From the NCBI GenBank assembly GCA_964016885.1, contig OZ024748.1:20460001-20524000 (forward strand): a stretch of DNA of 64,000 nt, given 5' to 3'. The notes under the pieces are model-generated. The model searched no databases. It was not told where the DNA came from and was given only the letters and a program-made list of their open reading frames with translations. Shown in pieces: positions 11,998-26,600 of this stretch (its first letter is position 1; each line of letters opens with the position of its first letter). Source of the DNA: Eledone cirrhosa. Taxonomy: Eukaryota. Position numbers and translations under genes: made by a program.

Positions 11998-12470
11998 GTA
12001 TGTATATATGAGGGTGTGTGTATGCATGTATGTGCACAGCTGCCCATGTGTATATATATATATATGTATATATGAGGGTCTGTGTGTATGCATGTATGTG
12101 CACAGCTGCCCATGTGTATATATATATGTATGAGAGTCGGTGTGTATGTATGTATGTATCTATGTATGCACATTTGTATGTGTTTGTATGTGTGTATACG
12201 TATATGTGACTGTGTTTGCATGTGTGTGTATATGTACGTTTGTTTACACGTGTGTGTGCGCGCGTGTGTGTGTGTGTGCATGTGTATGTATGTGTGTGTG
12301 TGTGCGTATGTATGTGTGTGTATATATGTGTGCGTATGTATGTGTATGTATTTATGTGCATGTATGTACGTATGTGTATGTATGTGTGTGTGTGTGTTTA
12401 TATATGTGTGTGTGTGTGTGTATGCATGTATGTATGTGTGTGTATATATATGTATGTGTGTATGTTTGTA
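11727..12470. repeat. (TG)/(TA) compound repeat
   Basis: Direct inspection. Confidence 0.9.
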
Positions 12471-12912
12471 AGTTTGTTGTTAATGAGTCCGCTACTTAAT
12501 GGAACAGCAATTGGAGTGAAACAATATAGTTTTGTTTTGAACTGAAGTCATCAGAGTGTTAAGACATGTCCTAGATTTATGATCTGTCTCTTTACACTGT
12601 CTGATAGTTACTACTATCACTTTCTTCAATCAGTCATAGGCTTCACATTACACCCCCACCCACCCCCGCCCACCTTACCCCCTCCCCCCATATCTTACTC
12701 CCTCCTCCCTACCAGCTGGCTTTCTAGCTTCCTGCTGCTATTGCCAGGAGTTTTCAATGAATGGTTATTGATCACAGCCTGTGAAACCATGTTTATCTTG
12801 AGCTTAGAGCAGTGGTTTCCAGCCTCTGGTACTGAGGACCGCTGTGGGCATAATGGGTGGGGAGTGTGGGAAGCTTCTGGTGACTATTGGGGAGTGAGTC
12901 TACAAATGAATG

Positions 12913-12971
<59 letters not shown>

Positions 12972-12977
<6 letters not shown>

Positions 12978-13300
12978 TTAGTGGTTCGAGCATTGGCCTT
13001 GCAATCGAAAGGTTGTGAGTTCAATTCTCAGACAGGGTGATGTGTTGTTTCCTTGAGCAAGACGCTTTATTTCACATTGTTCCAGTTTACTCAGCTGTAG
13101 AAATGAGATGATAGGGACTGGTGTCCATATCATTCCACTGCAAAGTGGTCGTGGAGGTGCCACGGCAAAAGAGCACGCAGCACTCACTGTAAATGAGGTT
13201 GGTGTTAGGAAGGGCATCCAGCTGTAGAAATCCAGCCAGAATCAGTTCCCGTCCCACCCTTGCAAGCAGGGAAAAGCGGACGTAAAATGATGATGATGAA
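12972..13300 (+). mobile_element. SINE family 2
   Basis: Near full length, ends in (GAT)n. Confidence 0.85.
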
Positions 13301-13506
13301 ATGATGATGTTTAATCAGGGAAAGAAGTGCAGCATTCATGACCCTTTTCAGAGAATCCAAGATGAATGGGAGGCAGAAAAAAAGGTCTCTTCACATCAGA
13401 GACCTGGTCTGAATACTTGCCAAAAATAGGATTCCACTAAATGTTGCCAAGGGCCAGGTGATAATGTTAAACTAGATGATGGAGCAGGTCTACTAACCAG
13501 GTAGAT

Positions 13507-14150
13507 CAGTGGTTCCCCACCTTTTTTAGCTCACGGCCCATGTTGAACCCAGAATTTTTCTGTAGCCCATGAAATTATTATAGAGTAAAACATTATGTCC
13601 ATTTTACATAGAATATATCCAATAAAGATACAATTTGGTCTATTTGTTTGACACAATTTCACAAGCATCTAAAATATTTCGCATCTCTAATGAAATAACC
13701 ATTTATCATCAATACAGGTTCACAATCTTTTATTCGAAATTCCGAAAACCGAATATTTTTTCCAGGATGTTGTCTGCACACCAAAGCTCGTGTTTGGCAC
13801 CAAACTTGACTCAAAACGACCTACAATCACCCCAGGTCATGCTTGGGTGACAAGAGAGTGCTACCTCCCTAACCGAGTAACTGGTGGGATCGAGGCACAA
13901 ACTCGCGACCTTGTGGACACGAGCCGAGCACTCTACCTCTGAGCCACCCTGGCCCCTGTAATATTATATCTAAAAAAACTTTAAAATCTATGCTAAAAAT
14001 CTTCCATTCCGAAATCCAAAAAATGTCTTGTCCCAAGGTTTTCAGATAAGAGATTGTGACCCCATATTTATATTTACATTTTTTCCTACATATGAGACAA
14101 AAATGATAAATTTTCTGTGGCCCACCTAAACTTTAACATGGGTTGGGTAT
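13507..14150. mobile_element. Nested DNA-transposon remnants (hAT-like CAGTGGTTCCC end; inner TIR element 13712-14065)
   Basis: Inner inverted ends ggttcacaatcttttattcgaaa / tttcagataagagattgtgaccc. Confidence 0.4.
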
Positions 14151-15105
14151 CACAGTGTGGGAGGGTTGTGAGCTTCTGGGGAGTGGATTTACAAAGGTAA
14201 TTATACAGGCTGGACCTCACTAATCTAGCAAACTTGGGACCTGTTGTCTAGTTTTGAGGTGGTAAAGAATCAACAACTGAAATGTGAAATGGAAGCTAAA
14301 TGGATGTTAATATTCAACTTCAAACCCCAACAATGTTACTTGATATTGTTAGCAACAACTAATCTAATATCTAATCTGGCTGAGCTTACACTCGCAAATA
14401 AGAACCTGGGCTGCCCTAGGAGCATTGGATTTGGTGTACTTCATATTTGTTTCAGTTGTTGAATATAATCAGAGGTCGCTGCTTCTCCTGAAGGTCAATA
14501 GTTCTCTTCTAACTCAAGCGGCAGCACCTTTCCATTAACAACAACTAGAGAGAAGGTTTAGAAAAAGATTCCATCTTAGAGCCAGTAGTTCCTGTTTACT
14601 CTCTAAAATATGATCTCTAGTTTAGGCATAAGGTCAATAACTTGTGTCTGTGGCTATAAGTGGGTAAACACTGATGTAGATCCCTCTAGTGGGATTTCAA
14701 TTTGGAATACAAAGAGTCATAAAAAAAAATATTACAGGACATTTTCTTCCGATGCCCCAACAATTCCACCAATGCTGCTCCCTTCCCACCCCATTATGCC
14801 CTCGATTGATGCTTTATTCTATCGATCCAGAAGAGATGAAAAGGTAAAGAGAGACAGCAGCAGAATAAAAACAGAGTTATGGAACAATTACCGCAAGGTA
14901 GTTCATTCCACAGTCTAATGATTTCAAAATATTGAATGAAAGGAAGAAAGAAAGAATGCACAGATCTATAGAAGTGAGATGGAGGGAGGGATGTCAAGAG
15001 TGTAGGGGGTGAGGTAGAGGGGGAGGAGGGAAGAAACTGAGCATGAAAGTTCTATAAAGGGAATATTCATGCATGCAAACACACCGATATATATCTATGC
15101 ATATA

Positions 15106-15136
<31 letters not shown>

Positions 15137-15137
<1 letters not shown>

Positions 15138-18100
15138 CCTAAATACAAAGTAAAAACCTACTACAGTCAGTAGGCATCTCTATCAAAACACACCCCCGTC
15201 CCACCACCTCCACCCCATCCACACCGCTCCTTTCAATGTAAAGTTATGTTGGTCCCACAACATCCAGGCCAAAACAAATGAGATCGTGTAGGTGTCACGA
15301 CAAAAAAACACACAGTCCACGCTGTAAATGTGGCCGTGTAGGCAACACGGTAAAAACCTCCCAGCCCCACACTGTAAATGTGGTTGGTGTTAGGAAGGGC
15401 ATCCAGCTGTAGAAAACCCGCCAGACAGTCCACGCTGTAATGTGGCCGTGTAGGCAACACAGTAAAAACCTCCCAGCCCCACACTGTAAATGTGGTTGGT
15501 GTTAGGAAGGGCATCCAGCTGTAGAAAACCCGCCAGACAGTCCACGCTGTAATGTGGCCGTGTAGGCAACACAGTAAAAACCTCCCAGCCCCACACTGTA
15601 AATGTGGTTGGTGTTAGGAAGGGCATCCAGCTGTAGAAAACCCGCCAGACAGTCCACGCTGTAATGTGGCCGTGTAGGCAACACAGTAAAAACCTCCCAG
15701 CCCCACACTGTAAATGTGGTTGGTGTTAGGAAGGGCATCCAGCTGTAGAAAACCCGCCAGACAGTCCACGCTGTAATGTGGCCGTGTAGGCAACACGGTA
15801 AAAACCTCCCAGTCCCACACTGTAAATGTGGTTGGTGTTAGGAAGGGCATCCAGCTGTAGAAAACCCGCCAGACAGTCCACGCTGTAATGTGGCCGTGTA
15901 GGCAACACAGTAAAAACCTCCCAGCCCCACACTGTAAATGTGGTTGGTGTTAGGAAGGGCATCCAGCTGTAGAAAACCCGCCAGACAGTCCACGCTGTAA
16001 TGTGGCCGTGTAGGCAACACAGTAAAAACCTCCCAGCCCCACACTGTAAATGTGGTTGGTGTTAGGAAGGGCATCCAGCTGTAGAAAACCCGCCAGACAG
16101 TCCACGCTGTAATGTGGCTGTGTAGGCAACACAGTAAAAACCTCCCAGCCCCACACTGTAAATGTGGTTGGTGTTAGGAAGGGCATCCAGCTGTAGAAAA
16201 CCCGCCAGACAGTCCACGCTGTAATGTGGCCGTGTAGGCAACACGGTAAAAACCTCCCAGTCCCACACTGTCAATGTGGTTGGTGTTAGGAAGGGCATCC
16301 AGCTGTAGAAAACCCGCCAGACAGTCCACGCTGTAATGTGGCCGTGTAGGCAACACAGTAAAAACCTCCCAGCCCCACACTGTAAATGTGGTTGGTGTTA
16401 GGAAGGGCATCCAGCTGTAGAAAACCCGCCAGACAGTCCACGCTGTAATGTGGCCGTGTAGGCAACACGGTAAAAACCTCCCAGTCCCACACTGTAAATG
16501 TGGTTGGTGTTAGGAAGGGCATCCAGCTGTAGAAAACCCGCCAGACAGTCCACGCTGTAATGTGGCCGTGTAGGCCACACAGTAAAAACCTCCCAGCCCC
16601 ACACTGTAAATGTGGTTGGTGTTAGGAAGGGCATCCAGCTGTAGAAAACCCGCCAGACAGTCCACGCTGTAATGTGGCCGTGTAGGCAACACAGTAAAAA
16701 CCTCCCAGCCCCACACTGTAAATGTGGTTGGTGTTAGGAAGGGCATTCAGCTGTAGAAAACTCGCCAGACAGTCCACGCTGTAATGTGGCCGTGTAGGCA
16801 ACACAGTAAAAACCTCCCAGCCCCACACTGTAAATGTGGTTGGTGTTAGGAAGGGCATCCAGCTGTAGAAAACCCGCCAGACAGTCCACGCTGTAATGTG
16901 GCCGTGTCGGCAACACAGTAAAAACCTCCCAGCCCCACACTGTAAATGTGGTTGCTGTTAGGAAGGGCATCCAGCTGTAGAAAACCCGCCAGACAGTCCA
17001 CGCTGTAATGTGGCCGTGTAGGCAACACAGTAAAAACCTCCCAGCCCCACACTGTAATTGTGGTTGGTGTTAGGAAGGGCATCCAGCTGTAGAAAACCCG
17101 CCAGACAGTCCACGCTGTAATGTGGCCGTGTAGGCAACACGGTAAAAACCTCCCAGTCCCACACTGTAAATGTGGTTGGTGTTAGGAAGGGCATCCAGCT
17201 GTAGAAAACCCGCCAGACAGTCCACGCTGTAATGTGGCCGTGTAGGCAACACGGTAAAAACCTCCCAGTCCCACACTGTAAATGTGGTTGGTGTTAGGAA
17301 GGGCATCCAGCTGTAGAAAACCCGCCAGACAGTCCACGCTGTAATGTGGCCGTGTAGGCAACACGGTAAAAACCTCCCAGTCCCACACTGTAAATGTGGT
17401 TGGTGTTAGGAAGGGCATCCAGCTGTAGAAAACCCGCCAGACAGTCCACGCTGTAATGTGGCCGTGTAGGCAACACAGTAAAAACCTCCCAGCCCCACAC
17501 TGTAAATGTGGTTGGTGTTAGGAAGGGCATCCAGCTGTAGAAAACCCGCCAGACAGTCCACGCTGTAATGTGGCCGTGTAGGCAACACAGTAAAAACCTC
17601 CCAGCCCCACACTGTAAATGTGGTTGGTGTTAGGAAGGGCATCCAGCTGTAGAAAACCCGCCAGACAGTCCACGCTGTAATGTGGCCGTGTAGGCAACAC
17701 GGTAAAAACCTCCCAGCCCCACACTGTAAATGTGGTTGGTGTTAGGAAGGGCATCCAGCTGTAGAAAACCCGCCAGACAGTCCACGCTGTAATGTGGCCG
17801 TGTAGGCAACACAGTAAAAACCTCCCAGCCCCACACTGTAAATGTGGTTGGTGTTAGGAAGGGCATCCAGCTGTAGAAAACCCGCCAGACAGTCCACGCT
17901 GTAATGTGGCCGTGTAGGCAACACAGTAAAAACCTCCCAGCCCCACACTGTAAATGTGGTTGGTGTTAGGAAGGGCATCCAGCTGTAGAAAACCCGCCAG
18001 ACAGTCCACGCTGTAATGTGGCCGTGTAGGCAACACAGTAAAAACCTCCCAGCCCCACACTGTAAATGTGGTTGGTGTTAGGAAGGGCATCCAGCTGTAG

Positions 18101-18340
18101 AAAACCCGCCAGACAGTCCACTCTGTAATGTGGCCGTGTAGGCAACACAGTAAAAACCTCCCAGCCCCACACTGTAAATGTGGTTGGTGTTAGGAAGGGC
18201 ATCCATCTGTAGAAAACCCGCCAGACAGTCCTATGCGTGCAAGACAACGACTCTTGCTTCAAGTGGGAAAACTCCCATCCAAACCCATGCAAGCATGGAA
18301 CATGGACGTTAAACAATGATGATGATGATGATGATGATGA
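15137..18340 (+). mobile_element. RTE 3' UTR with an internal tandem amplification
   Basis: Flanks match 58675-58820 and 58930-59040. Confidence 0.85.
15310..18231. repeat. 112-bp tandem array, about 26 near-identical units
   Basis: ORF track repeats every 112 bp; unit acagtccacgctgtaatgtggccgtgtaggc...cccgccag. Confidence 0.97.
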
Positions 18341-18511
18341 TATATATATATAGAGAACCTAATATAATTGTGTAAAATCGCCTCCTCTGTTATGTTTGTT
18401 TCATTTATTAACTATATATATATCATCATCGTCATTACGTTTATTGATTGGTAACACATGTTTCACTATTCATCAGCTCAAGGTTCGATCTGGATATATA
18501 TATATATAGTT

Positions 18512-18553
<42 letters not shown>

Positions 18554-18624
18554 GTAATAATAATAAATTTGAAGACTAAAATCCAAGGAGGGCTCGTTAA
18601 GGATAAATATATATCAAATATATT

Positions 18625-18675
18625 AGTTTCAGAAGATCCCGTTAAGGGTGAAAGCAGCGATTCTTTGCTTAAACT
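18625..18675 (+). ncRNA. Degenerate hammerhead ribozyme
   Basis: AGTTT-CAGAAGA-tCCCgttaaGGGt-GAAA-GCA..TGC-TT-AAACT; core has U4A. Confidence 0.55.
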
Positions 18676-18720
18676 TTAATCTGTTATTTTAATAAATATA
18701 TATATATACATATAATAATA

Positions 18721-18750
<30 letters not shown>

Positions 18751-18752
<2 letters not shown>

Positions 18753-18850
18753 ATGAAGGAGGTCTGGTAAGGAACCAGATGGACTGAAATAGTCCTGAAA
18801 TAGCCGTCGAAACGGCTTGAGCTCTGCCGTCAGGGTCAAACATTTTCCTA
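18751..18850 (-). mobile_element. Deleted family A element
   Basis: tagccgtc-GAAACGGCTTGAGCTCTGCCGTC-agggtc. Confidence 0.6.
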
Positions 18851-19199
18851 TATATATATATACATATAAAAAAAACAAAAAAAAACTACTCACAGTCCAC
18901 GCTGTAATATGGCCGTGTAGGTAACACGGTAAAAAGTTCCCAGTTCCACACTGTAAATGTGGTTGGTGTTAGGAAGGGCATCCAGCCATAGAAAGCCTGC
19001 CAGATAGTCCTATATGAGCGAGGCACGGTCACCTGACGAACCTTGCTTCAAGTGGCACAACTCCCGCCTAACCCATGCTATCGTGGAAGATGGACGTTAA
19101 ACGATGGTGATGATGATGATATATATATATATAGTTAATAAATGAACACAACAAAGGAGGAAATTTTACACAGTTACAGTAGGTTCAATATATATATAA

Positions 19200-19551
19200 A
19201 TGTGTAAATGTGCGTGAACGACCCAGCATAAATATGTTGAGAGAGAAACTGTGTCTGAGAGGGATAGAATGTAGTGTACGGGAGAGGAGACTGAGGTGGT
19301 ATGGACATGTGATGCGCATGGAGGATGACCGATGAGTAAAGAAGTGTCAGGAAATGCCAGTTGAAGGAAGACGTGGTAGAGGTAGACCACGAAAAACATG
19401 GGCGGAGGTGGTGAGAACAGACCTCAGATCGCTGAAGCTCACGGTGGAGATGACGAAGGGCCGTGACGAGTGGAGAGATGCTGTACTGAATAAGACCCGT
19501 CCCACCCTTGCAAGCAGGGAAAAGCAGACATAAAATGATGATGATGATGAT
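19200..19551 (+). pseudogene. RTE 3' fragment (third subfamily, partner of SINE family 2)
   Basis: RLRWYGHVMR..GRPRKTW; tail ccgtcccacccttgcaagcagggaaaagc. Confidence 0.85.
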
Positions 19552-19767
19552 ATATAAATTTTTGTAAAATTGTAATATTCTCAACGCGAAGGGTCGCCAT
19601 AAACATCTGGATACTATCATGATGATTATCATCATCGTTTTATGGCCATTTTTCCACGCTGACATGGATTAGATGAGTTGCCCTGTTGTGGGCAATGTCA
19701 GGTCAGTTGACCATGTCTTGCTCATACAGAACTGATTTGGGCTTGTTTTCTACAGCTGGATATATAT

Positions 19768-20151
19768 ATCATCATCATCATCATCATCATTTTACGTCCG
19801 CTTTTCCCTGCTTGCAAGGGTGGGACGGGTCTTATTCAGCACAGCATCTCTCCACTCGTCACGGTCCTTCGTCGTCTCCACCGTGAGCTTCAATGATCTG
19901 AGGTGTGTTCTCACCACCTCCGCCCATGTTTTTCGTGGTCTACCTCTACCACGTCTTCCTTCAACTGGCATTTCCTGGCACTTCTTCACCCATCGGTCAT
20001 CCTCCATGCGCATCACATGTCCATACCACCTCAGTTTCCTCTCCCGTACACTACATTCTATCCCTCTCAGACACAGTTTCTCTCTCAACACATTTATGCT
20101 GGGTCGTTCACGCACATTTACACTGCACATCCAACGGAGCATGCTTGCCTC
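19768..20151 (-). pseudogene. RTE 3' fragment, inverted relative to 19200
   Basis: ORF 19792..20208 EASMLRWMC..LRWYGHVMR. Confidence 0.85.
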
Positions 20152-20544
20152 ATATATATATATATTATTTTTCTCTAAAAACATTTTTTCTGATCCCGCC
20201 CTGCCCATCCCTTCAATCTTTCTAATTTCTCATTCTTTCTTCTGATGAAGGAGCCTCTTCATACTATTTTAAGCATTATACTAATATATTCCTTCCATAT
20301 ACTGTACTGATTGTGTTGTTGTTGTTACTGTTTACCTTTTACATACATATATATGATATACATGCATATACACACACACTTATAGATATAGACACTGATA
20401 AACACACATGTAGGTACACACACACACACATACAAAGACAAACTGATGTAGACATACACACATACAAAGACAAATATATGTAGATATACACGCAAATAGA
20501 AAGTGGTTGTGCTGCGGCCATGATAAAATGTACCTAGTAAAGTG

Positions 20545-21975
20545 ATAGTGCTGGTGCCACTATAAGAAAATACACCCAGTACACCCCGTCATGTGGTATT
20601 TCTGGTGCTATGGTTAAATGTACCCAGTATCTGCCAAGTGGTATTGCTGGTGCCATGGCTAAATGCTACCAGTACACCCTGTCATGTGGTATTGCTGGTG
20701 CCATGGCTAAATGCTACCAGTACACCCTGTCATGTGGTATTGCTGGTGCCATGGCTAAATGCTACCAGTACACCCTGTCATGTGGTATTGCTGGTGCCAT
20801 GGCTAAATGCTACCAGTACACCCTGTCATGTGGTATTGCTGGTGCCATGGCTAAATGCTACCAGTACACCCTGTCATGTGGTATTGCTGGTGCCATGGCT
20901 AAATGCTACCAGTACACCCTGTCATGTGGTATTGCTGGTGCCATGGCTAAATGCTACCAGTACACCCTGTCATGTGGTATTGCTGGTGCCATGGCTAAAT
21001 GCTACCAGTACACCCTGTCATGTGGTATTGCTGGTGCCATGGCTAAATGCTACCAGTACACCCTGTCATGTGGTATTGCTGGTGCCATGGCTAAATGCTA
21101 CCAGTACACCCTGTCATGTGGTATTGCTGGTGCCATGATTATATGTACCCAGTACACTCTGTCATGTGGTATTGCTGGTGCCATGATTATATGTACCCAG
21201 TACACTCTGTCATGTGATATTGTTGGTGCCATGATTATATGTTCTCAGTACACTCTGTCATGTGATATTGTTGGTGCCATGATTATATGTTCTCAGTACA
21301 CTCTGTCATGTGATATTGTTGGTGCCATGATTATATGTTCTCAGTACACTCTGTCATGTGATATTGTTGGTGCCATGATTATATGTTCTCAGTACACTCT
21401 GTCATGTGATATTGTTGGTGCCATGATTATATGTTCTCAGTACACTCTGTCATGTGATATTGTTGGTGCCATGATTATATGTTCTCAGTACACTCTGTCA
21501 TGTGATATTGTTGGTGCCATGATTATATGTTCTCAGTACACTCTGTCATGTGATATTGTTGGTGCCATGATTATATGTTCTCAGTACACTCTGTCATGTG
21601 ATATTGTTGGTGCCATGATTATATGTTCTCAGTACACTCTGTCATGTGATATTGTTGGTGTCATGATTATATGTTCTCAGTACACTCTGTCATTTGATAT
21701 TGTTGGTGCCATGATTATATGTTCTCAGTACACTCTGTCATGTGATATTGTTGGTGTCATGATTATATGTTCTCAGTACACTCTGTCATTTGATATTGTT
21801 GGTGCCATGATTATATGTTCTCAGTACACTCTGTCATTTGATATTGTTGGTGCCATGGTTAAATGCTCCCAGTACACGCTGTCATGTGGTATTGCTGGTG
21901 CCATGGTTAAATGCTCTCAGCACACCCTGTCATGTGGTATTGTTGGTGCCATGGTTAAATGCTCTCAGTACATAG
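20545..21975. repeat. 48-bp minisatellite, about 29 units in two variant blocks
   Basis: Unit gtggtattgctggtgccatggctaaatgctaccagtacaccctgtcat; runs into an RTE/SINE tail at 21980. Confidence 0.95.
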
Positions 21976-22619
21976 CCTGAAGTGGTTGGCATTAGGAAGG
22001 GTGTTCAGCCATAGAAACCAAACTGAAAATGGACCACCCTAACCCTAGTATGAGCAAGATTGTCATATGACCTATCAAGCCTCAAAATGTGACAACATCG
22101 CTAACCTATATAAATATAAAAAAATAGATATAATATGGTGATGGTGGTGATGACACCACATATATATACTGATACATATAGACATCACATACACACATAT
22201 ATGTAGATACATGTACTGACACATGCATGTAGATATACATACTGACACATAAGCATATAGATATCACACATACACCACATGTATGTAGGTATACACACTG
22301 ACACATATGCATATAAATATTACAGACACATACATACACATGCATGTAAATATACACACAGATATACACACACAGATATACACACACAGATAAACACACA
22401 CAGATACATGGACACATGGGTATGTAAATATACACACTGACACATACGCATATAGATATATACACAGATATACACACATATGTAGATATACACATATGCA
22501 CACACACACACACATATATATATAGATAAACATACCGATACATGCATATATATATCACTCAGATATACACAGATATACACACACATATATGTAGATATAC
22601 ACATATTCACACACATATG

Positions 22620-22832
22620 TATATATATATATATACACACACACATGCACACACAATATGTCTGTCTGTGTGTGTATATCACACACATACTTACTCAAGC
22701 AAAGCTTACACATAAATCAATGTATATATATATATATATATATACACACATGCACACACACAATATGTCTGTGTGTGTATATCACACACACACACATACA
22801 TACTCAAGCATAAACTTACACATAAATCAATG

Positions 22833-22866
<34 letters not shown>

Positions 22867-23056
22867 ATATGTCTGTCTGTGTGTGTATATGTACATCACA
22901 CACACACATACATACTCAAGCATAAACTTACACATAAATCAATGTATATATATATATATACACACACACGCACACACACACAATATGTCTGTGTGTGCAT
23001 ATGTACATCACACACACACATACATACTCAAGCATAAACTTACACATAAATCAATG

Positions 23057-23090
<34 letters not shown>

Positions 23091-23507
23091 ATATGTCTGT
23101 GTGTATATGTACATCACACACACACACATACATACATACTCAAGCATAAACTTACACATAAATCAATGTATATATATATATATACACACACACACAATAT
23201 GTCTGTCTGTGTGTGTATATGTACATCACACACACACATACATACTCAAGCATAAACTTACACATAAATCAATGTAAATATATATATACACGCACACACA
23301 CAATATGTCTGTCTGTGTGTGTATATCACACACACACATACATACTCAAGCATATACTTATACAAAAATCAATGTATATATATATATATATATATATACA
23401 CATGCACACACACAATATGTCTGTGTGTGTATATCACACACACACACTTACATACTCAAGCGTAAACTTACACATAAATCAATGTATATATACACACACA
23501 CACACAC

Positions 23508-23555
<48 letters not shown>

Positions 23556-23623
23556 ATATGTCTGTCTGTGTGTGTATATCACACACATACATACTCAAGC
23601 ATATACTTACACATAAATCAATG

Positions 23624-23669
<46 letters not shown>

Positions 23670-23856
23670 ATATGTCTGTCTGTGTGTGTATATCTACATC
23701 ACACACACACATACATACTCAAGCATAAACTTACACATAAATCAATGTATATATATATACACACACACACGCACACACAACGTCTGTCTGTGTGTGTATA
23801 TGTACATCACACACACACATACATACTCAAGCATAAACTTACACATAAATCAATGT
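22620..23856. repeat. About 115-bp microsatellite-containing tandem repeat
   Basis: Recurrent tactcaagcataaacttacacataaatcaatg and caatatgtctgt anchors. Confidence 0.9.
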
Positions 23857-23954
23857 GATCTTGACAGATACAAAGTCTTAGTAAACTACAGGAGCAACAG
23901 CAACAACAACAACAACACAATCATAGGCAAACAATTGAGTACATAGACGAACAT

Positions 23955-26600
23955 CAACACACACACACACAGACACACAGATACATACATACATAGATAC
24001 ACGAACATACACACAGAGGCAGACACACACATATATACACAGCAACATACACACAGGCACTCACAAACACACACACACACAGAGGCAGACACATATATAT
24101 ACACAGCAACATACACACAGGCACTCACAAACACAAACACACACACACAGAGGCAGACACATATATATATACACAGCAACATACACACAGCCACTCACAA
24201 ACACACACACACACAGAGGCAGACACACATATATACAGCAACATACACACAGCCACTCACAAACATAAACACACACAGAGACACACATATATATACACAG
24301 CAACATACACAGAGGCACACACATATATATACACAGCAACATACACACAGGCACTCACAAACACACACACACACAGAGGCAGACACATATATATACACAG
24401 CAACATACACACAGCCACTCACAAACACACACACACAGAGGCAGAGACACACATATATACACACAGCAACATACACACAGCCACTCACAAACACAAACAT
24501 ACACACAGAGGCAGAGACACACATATATACACACAGCAACATACACACAGCCACTCACAAACACACACACACAGAGGCAGAGACACACATATATACACAC
24601 AGCAACATACACACAGACAAACACACACTCACAAACATAGGCACAGCAACATACACACAGCCACTCACAAACACACACACACACAGAGACACACACATAT
24701 ATACACAGCACCATACACACTCAAACACACACAGAGCTACTCAAACACACACAGAGGCAGACACACACACAAACAAACAAACACACACATACATACATAC
24801 AAACACACACACAGACACACACACACACACAGACACACAAACTCATATACGCACCAACATGCATATATACCCACTCACAAACACACACATAAACACACAC
24901 ACACCAACATACACACATACTCACAAATACACACACACAGACAGAACGCGCACATACACACACCAACATACATATGCCCACTCTCACACACAAAGAGAAT
25001 CAAACACACACCCACTCATAAACACACACAAGCATAAAAAAACACACCCACTCATAAACACACACACAGAAAAACACACACCCACTCATAAACACACACA
25101 AACAGAAAAACACACACCCACTCATAAACACACACACAGAAAAACACACACCCACTCATAAACACACACAAACAGAAAAACACACACCCACTCATAAACA
25201 CACACAAACAGAAAAACACACACCCACTCAAACACAAACACAGAAAAACACACACCCACTCATAAACACACACACACAGAAAAACACACACCCACTCATA
25301 AACACACACACAGAAAAACACACACCCACTCATAAACACACACACAGAAAAACACACACCCACTCAAACACAAACACAGAAAAACACACACCCACTCATA
25401 AACACACACACCCACTCACAAACACACACAAACAGAAAAACACACACCCACTCATAAACACACACAAACAGAAAAACACACACCCACTCAAACACAAACA
25501 CAGAAAAACACACACACAGAAAAACACACACCCACTCACAAACACAAACACAGAAAAACACACACCCACTCATAAACACACACACAGAAAAACACACACC
25601 CACTCATAAACACACACAAACAGAAAAACACACACCCACTCAAACACAAACACAGAAAAACACAGACACAGAAAAACACACACCCACTCATAAACACACA
25701 CACAGAAAAACACACACCCACTCATAAACACACACACAGAAAAACACACACCCACTCATAAACACAAACACAGAAAAACACAGACACAGAAAAACACACA
25801 CCCACTCATAAACACACACAAACAGAAAAACACACACCCACTCATAAACACACACACACACATAAACACACACAAACAGAAAAACACACACCCACTCATA
25901 AACACACACAAACAGAAAAACACACACCCACTCATAAACACACACAAACAGAAAAACACACACCCACTCATAAACACACACAAACAGAAAAACACACACC
26001 CACTCATAAACACACACACAGAAAAACACCCACCCACTCAAACACAAACACAGAAAAACACACACCCACTCATAAACACACACACAGAAAAACACAGACA
26101 CAGAAAAACACACACCCACTCATAAACACACACAAACAGAAAAACACACACCCACTCATAAACACACACAAACAGAAAAACACACACCCACTCAAACACA
26201 AACACAGAAAAACACACACCCACTCATAAACACACACACAGAAAAACACAGACAGAAAAACACACACCCACTCATAAACACACACAAACAGAAAAACACA
26301 CACCCACTCACAAACACATATATAGGCAAACACACACACCCACTCACAAACACATATATAGGCAAACACACACACATACAAAACATATAAACAAACACAG
26401 ACAGACAAACAAACACACACACCCACTCAAACATAAACACAGAAAAACACACACCCACTCACAAACACATATATAGGCAAACACACACACATACAAAACA
26501 TATAAACAAACACAGACAGACAAACAAACACACACACAAGCAAACAAACAGACAAAACACATACAAAACACATACAAAACACACACAAAACACTCAAAAA
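23955..26600. repeat. CA-rich minisatellites (about 60-bp and 34-bp units)
   Basis: cagcaacatacacacagccactc units, then cccactcataaacacacacaaacagaaaaa units. Confidence 0.9.

Noticed and set aside
11625-12778. Short candidate minus-strand exons near 11625-11668 and 12713-12778
   Set aside because: Splice-like signals only; the peptides are uninformative
12972-13045. tRNA gene
   Set aside because: Box A/B belong to a SINE head; no complete cloverleaf
15233-18316. Series of 78-aa ORFs / CRISPR-like periodicity
   Set aside because: Near-identical 112-bp units without unique spacers or cas genes; derived from the RTE 3' UTR
20160-20340. Hammerhead at CTGATGAAGGAGCC
   Set aside because: GAAA box and stem III are missing; at most a deleted relic related to 50880-50950
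20610-21980. 456-aa Cys-rich repetitive ORF
   Set aside because: By-product of a 48-bp (multiple of 3) TE-derived minisatellite
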